Origin: an uncultured Bacteroidia bacterium
Lineage (GTDB): Bacteria; Bacteroidota; Bacteroidia; J057; JADKCL01
DNA: 64,000 nt
NCBI GenBank assembly: GCA_964352215.1
Contig: CAYGRE010000005.1
Location: 18,527 to 82,526 of the forward strand
Direction: 5' to 3'
In this document: in pieces, positions 1 through 12,000 of the stretch
Layout of the letters: every line of letters starts with the position of its first letter
Numbering within the stretch: position 1 is the stretch's first letter
The notes under the pieces: generated by a model
The model's input: only the letters and a program-made list of their open reading frames with translations
The model's database searches: none
Told to the model about the DNA's origin: nothing
Made by a program: the position numbers and the translations under genes

Positions 1-3000
1 GCTGGTGACAGACCCATTCGGATCCACAGAACCGCTGCCTGTGAAGTCTACGGTCAAGGTCGGGCTGCATGCTTGCACATCCGCCTGACAGAACGCTACC
101 GGGGCAAATGAACCTTCACACTCAGGCCCGACCGCGAAGTTCTGCTGAATCTCAGCCGGGCTGAGCGCATCGTTGTAAATCGCGACCAGGTGCATCTCAC
201 CTAACCAGGCACGGTTGTTGGTCAACTCATTGGCCAGGGCCAACTCAAAGTTGGCATCCCAGTTGCTGAGGTTGCCACCTCTGGTACCAGTCTCCACGGC
301 CACACCATCCACATAGATGATCCAGGCACCCCCGACATCGCGGGTAAAGACCACATGCTGGAGGTTCGTTGCCACCGCATTGTTGTTGCCATTCAGGTCA
401 GGCGTGCCATTTGCGGCACTCGTGGTCGTACGCACACGGGACATATAGTCGTTGCCATCCTGACCCAGGGTCCAGTTGCGGTTAAATGGATCAGCGGACA
501 TGGTCACGATCCGTGAAGGACCACCCTGAGAAGTATTCGCCGGTGCAACCCAGGCTTCTACAGTCACCTCATTGGTAGCCGCACATGCCGTCTGAATCTT
601 GGCAGCAGCCGTTACCGAATGGATGGTAGTTGCCGAATTCACAGACAGTGCAGAACCACCCACCCAACTGACATTAGATGGATTGTCGATGGTCAGATCG
701 AGCGGTGTCAGGTAACCAGAGTAATCATGGACCGTATTGCCGCTTCCCTCGGTGAAGGTATAATAGGCAACCAGGTTATTGGTGACACGGCCAGCGACAT
801 TGTTGGTGACGGTCACCGTATTGGTGCAGGTTCCAACCAAGCCTGTATTGTCCGTGACGGTGAGGGTAACCGTATAGGTTCCAGCCGCTGCGTAGACATG
901 GGTTGGGCTGACCTGGCCGGAGCCATTGCCGTCACCGAAGTCCCAGGCATAGCTGGCGATAGAACCATCGGGATCGGTAGAGTTGCTACCGTCGAAGTCC
1001 ACACTCAAGCCATTGTCACATTCGTCAACCTCTGCCGTACAGAAGCCAACCGGAGGATAATTGCCAGCACAGCCACCACCTACGGCGAGATTCTGCTGAA
1101 TCTCCGCGAGGCTCAATGCCTTGTTGTAGATCGCGACCAGCTTGACATCACCCAACCAGGCACGGTTGTTAGTCAGCTCATTGGCAATCGCCAATTCGAA
1201 GTTGGCATCCCAGTTGCTGAAGTCGCCCCCGCGGAAGTTACCCGCCTGAACCGCACCATCTACGTAGATCTGCCAGACACCAATCGCGTCACGGGTCATG
1301 ACCACGTGTTGCAGATTGTTGGTGACAGCTCCTGCATTGGAGATCAAATCAGGTGTACCGTTGGCAGCGGAAGTTGAAGTCCGCAGACGACCGCGGTAAG
1401 TATTGCCTTCCTGACCCAGGGTCCAGTTGCGGTTAAACGGATCAGAACTCATGGTGACGATCCTCGCCGGACCACCCTGAGAAGTATTGGCGGGAGCTAC
1501 CCAGGCCTCTACCGTGATCTCACCGGTGGCGCCACATGCATTGGCAATCTTGGTAGCAGGCACACCCGAAGAAATGATCGTACCCGCATTGATATTGACA
1601 CCGTTGTCCGTGAGCCAGGTCACATTGCCGGGATTGTCGATCACGAGATCAAGTGGAGCACCGTAGCCACTCAGGTCATGGACTACACTTCCACCACCTT
1701 CAACGAAGGGGTAGTAGGCGATCAGGCCATCAGAGACCCGGTCGTTGGCACATGGGTTGCAATCGTTACCGACGACTACACTGTCGAGTAAGGCGCAACC
1801 ATTGTCATCTACGGCCAATACCTGGTAGGTACCGGCTGGCAGACCACTCAAGGTATCGGTTCCGTTGCCAGTACCTACCGCGTAGGTAATGGTCAGAATC
1901 GGAGCATCACCGGCACTGGCATCATAGGCCTTCGCTTCGCGGAGACCGGAACCAGCCAGGATAAATGCCATGCTGTTGCCATCTGCCCAGCCACCACGGT
2001 TGACAATCTCTTGCACCGCTGCGGTAAGATCAGGCGTATTGTAAGATGCATTCGCCGTCCAGGCCGGTACGTTACTCCAGGCTATGGTGCTTGGAGTTGC
2101 GGTCCGGATCAGGAGATTGGCAGGCGCACTCGTAATCGGAAGTGCATCATCGGAATAATCACCATAGATGCTAAAGTTGGCCACACTTGACTGAGAGCTT
2201 AGAGCCTCAAAAGTAATGTAGGCTGACTGAACCGTAGCCCCCTGAGGTACATTGACCCCCTGGAAGCGGACACCGACAAATTGTGGATCGGAAGGATCGT
2301 TGTTGTCGTAGCCAATCTCCAGGGAAGGACTGTTGAGGTTCATCGCGCCGGAAGTCAGGGTCTGCTCAGCATCATCGCTGCTGGTCGCCACCTGGGTAGA
2401 TGAACTTGCGCCACCTACCAAAGTCAGGATATGGGGAGCCGACCCACCGCTGGCGTAGATAGCGCCAGTACCGCCACAAGCAGCACCCACACCTACCAAT
2501 TCCAGTTCATCCGGCTGATCCAGAGTCACCTGATCGGTGAAGGAACAGCCATTGGCATCGGTCACCGTCACCGTATAGGTGCCGGCATTCAACCCGGTAT
2601 TGGACAATGGCTGCGTCCACGTTACCTCAAGAACAGGTGCCAAACCAGGATCTTCATCGTAAGAAGAAGCATTCCGATAGCCAGTTCCATTGACCACCAC
2701 AGCCAGATCATTGCCAGAAATCCAGCCCGCACGGTTCACGACCTCCTGAACAACCGCACTGAGGTCAGGCGTATTGTAGGTCTGGCCACTTACCCAGTTG
2801 GGAACGTTCCAGGCAACACTGCTTGCAGTCAGCGGACGGATACCCACATTGTTGTTGGCAGTGGTAAATCCGGCAGCATTGTCAGAGGACTCAGCCCGGA
2901 AGGTCAAGCTGGCCAGGCCGGAAGCATTGTCCTCTGAGATAAAGAGAATCTTCGCACTGGTAATGGTAGCCCCTTGTGGAACGGCCAAATCAGGGAAGCG

Positions 3001-6000
3001 GATACCCACCAATTGGGGATCAGAAGGATTGTTGTTGTCATAACCCATCTCCAGCGAGACACTGTTGGTATTCACAGCACCACTGGTCAGGGTTTGTTCT
3101 GCATCATCACCGGAAGCCATCGGAGTCGAAGTCACATTTCCGGTTGGTACAGTCAGAGAATAAGTATAAGGCTGAGTTCCACCGGTAGCGGTGACGGTCC
3201 CGTCACTGCCACCAAAGCAAAGTGGATCCTGACCGTTGAGGGCAAGCGCAGCCGGTTCAGTCAAAGTGACATTGGCTACTGCAACATTACCGATGCCATC
3301 GGTAACGGTTACCGAATAGGTACCCGCGGCCAGACCCGTCGCAGTTGCGGTGGTCTGTGAACCTGCATTGGCGTCCCAGAGATAGCTAAAGGGTGGCAAA
3401 CCACCAGTAACGGTAACGGTCGCTTCCCCAGTCGCATCCCCATTGCAAAGCACAGGGCTGGTCACAGCCGCAACCGCAGAAATAGGAGGCGCAACCGCAC
3501 TGACAAATACGGTATCACTTGAATAACACCCATTTGCATCAGCCACTTTCACCAGGTAAACCCCAGTAGCAAGACCGGTTGCAGTCTGCGTGGTTTGACT
3601 ACCGGTACTGGGCGGCCAGAGGTAAATAAATGGAGGTGTTCCACCGGAAACGTTGGCGATGGCTTCCCCATCATTTGAAGTTGGGGTGGAAGCAGCGACC
3701 GTATTGACCGCGTTCACAGTCAGTGGTGCGGGTTCCGTAATCTCAACGGTATCGAGGGCGGTACAACCATTGCCGTCAGTCGCCTTCACGAAGTAGGTGC
3801 CGACACCGAGGTTGGTATTGCCAACCACGGAAGTAGTCGCATATTCGACCACCAGTACCGGAGCACCAGCCTGGTTGCCATTGTAAGAGAAAGCTCTTCT
3901 GCGGCCCTGACCATCTACCCGGAACAACATGCTGTTGCCACTGCTCCAGCCACCACGGTTCACAATCTCCTGTACAATCCCGCTCAGATCAGGGGTGCGC
4001 TCATCGGCACCTGCCTGACCCGCAACAGTCCAGTTGGGAGGACTCCAGGTGACAACAGAGCTGGTCACCGGACGGTTGGTGATATTGTTGGTGGCATTCT
4101 GGATTACAGAGGCATCATCCGATGCTTCACCCAGGATATTCAGATTCGAAGGATTCAGGTTACCGGTATTTTCCGCCGTGAATTGGATGTAGGCATTGGT
4201 AATCGCGGCTCCCTGTGGAATGGCCACATTGCGGAAGCGTACCCCGACAACCTGATTGCCATTGTTAGCACCGTCAAAGACCAGTTCCAGATCATTGTTG
4301 CCCAGATTCGTAGAACCATTGGCACGTTGCTCAGCATCATCGGCTCCAAAGGAAACCTGGTTGCTGATCGTATTCACCGTCGCTGCATAGACAACCACGT
4401 TTATGGGGCCTGTACCACCGGAAGCGGTGATCTCTCCATCGGAAGCACCGTTGCAACTGACATCGTTGCTGCTGATCACGATCGGAGCAGGCTCGCCAAT
4501 GGTGATAGTCGAAGTATTCGAACAACCGTTGGCATCCGTAGCCGTCACGGTATAAGTACCGGCAGGCAGGTTCGTATTGGAAGGCAATGTGGTGCTGTAC
4601 TGTACACTCAGGACAGGCGCATCGGCCGGAGATCCATTGTAAGAATACGCACTGCGACGACCGGCTCCATTCAGGAAGAGCGAGAGGTCATTGCCCGCAC
4701 TCCAACCGGAACGGTTGACAATTTCCTGTACCACACCACTCAGATCCGGCGTTTGCTGGTCTGCCCCAGCCTGCCCAATGGTATTCCAGTTGGCAGGTGA
4801 CCAGTTGACACTGGCGCTGGTATTGGCACGGGTAGAAAGGTCGAAGGTCGAGTTGGCGAAGTTAGCAGAATTGTCCGCTGCCTCTCCGGTAATGACCAGG
4901 TTGGAAGGATTCGTATTGTTGGTATTCTGCGCGGTGAACTGAACCCTGGCGTCGACAATAATCGCTCCCTGGGGAATGTTCACGTTCCGATAGCGGAGAC
5001 CAACCGTCTGGAGACCCTGGTTATTGTTTGAGAATACCATGCGGAGGTGGTTGCGGCCTCCTCTGACCGTACCGTTCTGATCTTCTTCCGCATCATCCTG
5101 TCCGCCCACAATTGGTAAGACAACTGAGTTAGCGGAAGTCGTGATCGTGTAAGTATAAGGTGCAGTACCACCAGAAGCGACGATCTGTCCATCCGAATCA
5201 CCATTGCAACTCACATCTACACCGGCGAGGGAGATGTTGGAACTGGTCTGGGTAAGGGTCACAGTTGCGACAGCAGTACAGCCGTTCGCGTCGGTAATGG
5301 TTACACTGTAGGTGCCGGGGTTCAAACCAGTTGCCAGAGCAGTCGTCTGATTGCCCGCAGCAGCATCCCATTGATACGTGTAAGCAGGAGTGCCACCGGT
5401 AGCGCTGGCCAGGGCTTCCCCTGAATTCGGAGCACCACATCCACCTTGAACGGTTACGGTCGCACTGGCAACCAGTGCAATAGGACTGGTTACGGTAGCG
5501 GAAGCAGTCGCAGTACAATTGTTGGCATCGGTAATGGTCACCGTATAAGTTCCACCAGCCAAACCGCTCAGGTCTTCAGTTGTCGCACCATTGGACCAGC
5601 TGAAGCTGTAAGGTGCAGTTCCACCAGAGACCGACAGATCAACCGTTCCATCGGAAGCGCCATTGCAGGATTCATCCGTAGAAGTGACAGCGGAAGTAAC
5701 CGCAGCCGGTTCACCCACAGAAGCGGACGCATTGCTGGTGCAACCATTGGCATCGGTAACAACTACGGTATAGGTTCCGGCGGTCACGCCGCTCAGGTCC
5801 TCGGTGGTAGCACCATTGCTCCAGTTGAAGCTGTAGGGTGCAGTACCACCGGTGACGCTCAGATCAACCAGGCCACTGGCATCCCCATTACAGAGGGCAT
5901 CGGTAGCAGAGGTAGTCAGAACAATAGCGGTAGATCCGGTCACGGTTGCAGAGGCAGTAGCGGTGCAATTGTTCGCATCGGTAATGGTCACGGTATAGGT

Positions 6001-9000
6001 TCCAGCGGTCAGACCACTCAGGTCTTCAGTAGTCGCACCATTGGACCAGCTGAAGCTGTAAGGTGCGGTACCACCGGAGACGGTAAGGTCCACGGTCCCA
6101 TCGGAACCTCCATTGCAGGATTCATTGGTTGAAGTAGCAGTCGCCGCAATTGCGACCGGTTCTGCCACCGTAGCCGAAGCAGTCGAAGTACAGTTATTCG
6201 CATCGGTAATGGTCACCGTATAAGTTCCACCGGCCAGACCGCTCAGGTCTTCGCTCGTTGCACCATTGGACCAGCTGAAGCTGTAAGGTGCAGTACCACC
6301 ACTGACGCTCAGGTCAATGCTGCCATCATTGGCACCCAGGCAACTTGCATCGGTCGCAACCGCAGTGCCGGCAATTGCCGTCGGCTCATTTACCGCTGCA
6401 GTTCCCGTGACGGTACAATTGTTTGCATCCGACAAGGTCACGGTGTAGGAACCAGCCGGGACACCACTGATGTCTTCGGTGGTGGCGCCATTGGACCAGC
6501 TAAAGGAATAAGGAGGAGTGCCGCCGCTTACGGTAAGGTCAACTGCGCCATTGGCTGCGCCATTGCAAATCAGATCGGTTGCAGTCAGCGTAAAGCTGAT
6601 CGCAGATGGATCATTCAAAGTTGCGCTTGCGGTCGCTGAACAGTTGTTGGCATCGGTGATGGTCACCGTATAGGTGCCAGCTCCGATTCCATTGACATCT
6701 TCAGTGGTAGCGGTAGTGCTCCAGGCATAAGTATAAGGAGCAGTTCCACCTGTCACCGTCAGGTCAATGAACCCATCGGTAGCGCCATTGCAGGAAGGAT
6801 CAGTTACTGTTGTTGAAGCCGTGATAGCAGTTGGTTCGGTTAAAGATGTGCTACCGGTAGCAGTACATCCATTTGCATCCGTAACCGTTACACCGTAAAG
6901 CCCGGCACTCAGACCACTGAGGTCTTCAGTCGTTGCGGCATTGCTCCAAGCATAAGTATAGGGAGCAGTTCCACCGGCAACAGACAGGTCAATTGAACCA
7001 TCCGTGCCTGCATTGCAGGAAATATCGGTACTGGTAAAGGCCAGGGAAACAACCGCTGGCTCACCTACGGTGTAGTTTCCAACCTCTACACAACCGTTGG
7101 CATCGGTCAGGGTGACAGCATAGCTGCCCGCAGCCAGACCGGAAACATTCTGGGTGGTTGGTCCGTGACTCCACATATAGCCATAGCTACCGGCTCCACC
7201 AGAAGGCGTGATGCTTATCGCACCATCAGAGAGGCCATTGCAGCTGACATCGGTAATCGTTTCATTCAAGCCCAATGGGAAAGGCTCTATCAGTGAGGAT
7301 TGCTGCGTGGTTACACAGCCATTGGCATCAGTCACAGTCACAGAATAATTACCAGATCCAAGGCCAGTCACATTCTGGGTGAGGGCGCCGGTGCTCCAAT
7401 TGTAGCTAAATGGAGCGGTGCCACCTACGACAAAGAGGTTGAATCCACCGTCCATCGCACCCGTACAAGAGATATTCACCTTTTGCATGATGAGGGTCAA
7501 AGCAGCGGGTTGGGCCACCGTTGCAGAAGCAGTGGAAATACATCCATTACCATCGGTCACAGTCACCGTATAGGTACCAGCCGCGAGACTGGAAATGTCT
7601 TCCGAAGTCGCACCGGTTGTCCAGGCGTAAGTATAAGGAGGTATTCCTCCACTGATGCTCAGGTCAACCGTGCCATCAGTTCCGCCGTTGCAATTGACAT
7701 CGGTGGCAACTGTGGTCAATACCAGGATGGCTGGTTCTGCAACCGTTGCAGAAGCACTGGCGGTGCAGCCATTTGCATCGGTGATGACCACGCTGTAGGA
7801 ACCTGCAGTGAGGCCGGAAAGGTCTTCGGTAACCGCGCCAGTATTCCAGAGGTAGGTCACCGGAGAAACAGCACCTGTTACGGTCAGGTCAATACTTCCA
7901 TCTGCAGCCCCAAAACAACTTACGTCCGTCGCAATGGCAGCAGCCTGAATGGCCACCGGCTCTCCGACACTTGCGGTGAGGACTTCCTGACAGCCATTGG
8001 CATCAGTAATCGTTACCACATAAGTTCCGGCTGAGACTCCACTGAGGTCTTCGGTAGTTGCACTGTTGTCCCAGCTAAAGGTAAAGGGCGCTGTACCTCC
8101 GCTGACAGACAGGTCAACGGACCCGTCACTGCCACCATTGCAGGTGACATCCGTAGCAGAAACAGTGGCGCTGATAGCTGAAGGAGCATTTACGTTGGCC
8201 GAAGCAGTGCCTGTACAGCCGCTTGCATCGGTAACCGTAACCGTATAGGTTCCGGAACCCACCGCAGCCAAATCTTCTGTGGTAGCCCCATTGCTCCATG
8301 CATAAGTGAGCGGTGCGACGCCATTGGTAACAGTCAAATCAACACTGCCATCCGCCAAACCGTTACAAGAACCGTCGGTAGTGGCAAGGCTCAATTGAAT
8401 GGCGGCCGGTTCTGCAATCGTTACGATCGCATTCTCGACACAACCGTTTGCATCGGTCACCTGGACCGCATAAGGCCCGGCAGGGACATTGTTCAAATCC
8501 TGGGTGGTAGCATTGGTACTCCACAGATAGGAGAATCCACCCACACCGCCAGTTGCAGTCAGGTCAATATTGCCATCAGAGAGGCCATTGCAAGAAACGT
8601 CAGAAAGGTTAAAGCTGAGGTTGATAGCTGGAGGAGCTAAAATCTCAACACTGTCAATAGCGACACATCCTTTGTCATCGGTCACAGTAACTACATAAGT
8701 TCCGGCAGTCAATTGACCAATATTCTTAGTCGTATCTCCATTGCTCCACATATAACTGAAGAGTGGAGAGCCACCCGTGATACCCAGCACGATTGAACCA
8801 TTTCCTTCGTTGTTACAGGCCAGGTTGGTCGTCGTAAAGCTGATCGCAATGGAATCCGGCTGGGAAACCTCGGCAGAATCTACCACCACACAGCCCTGAT
8901 TATCGGTCAGGGTGACAGTGTACAGACCAGCACTAAGGTTAGTCAGGTCCTCAGAAGTAGCCCCATTGCTCCAGAGATAGGTATAGGTACGTCCGGTATT

Positions 9001-12000
9001 GGAAACAGTCAGATCAATGCCACCGTCCGTATCACCATAGCAAACGAGGTCAAACACCTGGAAGGACAGGCTCGGAGCGGCAGGCTCATTGATCGAATAG
9101 GTACCGGAGGCGGTGCATCCATTGGCATCGGTGACTACCACAGAATAGCTACCAGCGGTAAGGCCGTTGATGTCTTCGCTGTTTGCAGAGTTGCTCCAGG
9201 TGAAGACAAAGGGAGCCACGCCATGGGTGACGGTCAGATCAAGCGCACCGTCATTGCCACCTGGACAGGTCACATCGGTCGCGGTTGCATTCAGCACAAT
9301 GGCCAAAGGATCGGTCAAGGTGACCGTCCCGGTCGCCACGTCACTGTTGTTGTCAGTAACGGTTACGCTGTACGTGCCAGCGGCAAGACCAGTTGCAGTT
9401 GCAGTCGTCTGGTTGCCGGCAGCCGCATCCCATTGGAATGAGTAGGGTGGTACACCACCGGTAACAAAAGCAGTAGCTTCACCATCATTTCCACCCGCGC
9501 AGGAGATTGCAGCCGTCTGGTTGACGGTTACAACCAATTGGCCGGCAGGATCAGGAACCAATGCGGTATCGGCTGCGACACATCCATTGGCGTCGGTCAC
9601 GGTTACAGTATAGATACCGGCAGAAAGTCCGGTAGCAGTTGCCGTGGTCTGGCTGCCAGCATTGGCATCCCAGAGATAAGTATAAGGAGGTGTTCCGCCG
9701 CCGGCGGTCGCAGTAGCTTCACCATCACTTCCACCGGCGGTGGAGATGGGGGAAGACTGAGCTGCGGTCACTGAAACAGCGGAAGGTTCGGTCAGGGTAA
9801 CGGAACCCGTTCCGGTACAGCCATTGGCATCGGTCACGGTAACATCATAAGTGCCAGGAGCGAGGCTGGAAGCATTGGCCAGCGTACCGGCTCCACCGCT
9901 CCAATTGTAAGCATAAGGCGCACATCCGCCGCTTACAGAAACCGTAACTGCACCATCATTGGCACCATTGCAGGTGATTCCTGAAATAATGCTTGCATTG
10001 GCAACCACTGGATCTGGCTCCGTCAGCTCAATGCTGTCCGTTGTAGCACATCCATTGGCATCGGTGACAGTAACCGTATAGGTTCCGGCGCCAAGATTGC
10101 TCTGAGCAGGTCCACCCAGGGCGACCACCTCAATCGCGGAAATCTTTGCATTGTCTACCACCGTCACAAAGCCAATGTCAAGGCTTCCGTCGGTAACGGT
10201 GGCCGTAGTGGTTTCGATGACAGCGGTTCGGAAACCGGCAGTCGCGAATATATCGTAGTCGTCCAGTACCAGTGCCCCTTCGACATTGACATCAAATACA
10301 CGGGCTCCTACACTCTGAGCACCATTGAAGACCTCAGCAAAGTGAAGGTTAACCTGGTAGGTGCCATTGGGAACCGGGATATTGTAATTCATGGTTCCGT
10401 AGCGCTCACTCTTGTACAGGTCAGGATCAGCCGTATTGGCAATGGTCCCGCCCACATTGAAGAAGACACCGCCGGTAGCATATTGATCGGCTGCGAAAAC
10501 ATCTCCATTCGCGGCGGTGTAAGCACCTTGGTTTCCAGTATTCAGGCGAATAACAGTTCCACCCCAATCATAAGTATAAGGAGCGACCCCGCCGGAAGCG
10601 GCAGCATTGATGGAACCATCGGTGGCTCCATTGCAGCTGATATTGAAGCCACAATTGTAGGTGGATGGGGTCAGGCTGACCGCTACGGAGGCAGGTTCTC
10701 CCACGGTTGCGGTAGCAGTGACCGTGCATCCATTCGCATCGGTAACGTCCACCGAATAGGTACCGGCAGTCAGGCCGGTCGCAGTCGCGGTGGTTTGGTT
10801 GCCGGCGGAAGCATCCCAGAGATAAGTATAAGGTAAGGTTCCACCGGTAGCAGTAACCGAAGCCGTTCCGTCTGCATCCCCGGCACAAGTCGCATCTGAA
10901 GCAGAAGCACTCAGGCTGATGGCCGCAGGTTCGGAAATGGTAACCGCCGCATTGGCGGTACAGCCGTTGGCATCGGTGACCAGAACCGTATAAGTTCCAC
11001 CGGCCAGGCCGGTTGCAGTAGCAGTCGTTTGGGAGCCAGCGGAAACGTCCCATTGGTAAGTATAAGGTGACGTTCCACCGGTGGCAGTTACTGAAGCGGT
11101 TCCGTCACCTGCTCCGTTACAGGACACGTCTGTTCCGTTAGCAGAAGCTGTCAGGGCCGAAGCCGGACCGGCTATCGTAACAGAAGCATTTGCGGTACAT
11201 CCATTGGCATCGGTAACCGATACGCCGTAGGTTCCTGCAATCAGGTTGGAAGCGGTTGCGGTAGTCTGGCTGCCAGCCGCGGCATCCCACTGGATGCTGT
11301 AAGGCGCACAACCACCAGTGGTGGAAACGCTTGCTTGTCCATCGGCAAGGCCGAAGCAGGACTCGTCCTGATCAACCACAGCCGTAGCCACCAGCAGATC
11401 TGGTTCCGTCAGGGCAATGTTTTCGGTGACGCTGCAACCATTGGCGTCGGTGACGACAACCGTATAGCTACCCGCTGGAACACCACTCAGCGTTCCTCCG
11501 GATCCCGTCACTTCGACAATCTCGATCGCACTGATCTTGGCATTGTCCACCAGACCGGTAAATACAAAATTCAAAGTATCGTCCGTAACATTGGCGACCG
11601 TGGTTTTGATCACTGCAGTCATGGTACCAACGTCGGCAATGATATCGTAGTTGCTCAGGAAGGGGACACCTTCTACCTCGACATTCATGATTCGGTCCCC
11701 AATATTGCCAGGCTGGCTGGAGGTTCCGGTGGCACCGTGGAAGATTTCTGCAAAGTGGAGGCGCACTTCATAGGTCCCGTTGGAGACCGGGATATGGTAC
11801 TCCAGAATCTTTGCCCAACGTTCAGTGCGGTACAATTGATCGTCGGTGGTGCCGAGCACATCAACAATATTGTTATTGGTGTATTGCCCGCTGGGGGTTT
11901 GGACAATGGTATAATTCGCGGCATTGTCTGCGGCAAATACATCGCCATTGGCAGCGGTGAAGCTGCCGCCATTGCCGGTATTGATGCGGATCGCATTCTG

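Noticed and set aside
5520-9350. Array as a CRISPR or non-coding satellite
   Set aside because: The frame stays open and units encode consistent SprB-like protein sequence; period is a multiple of three.
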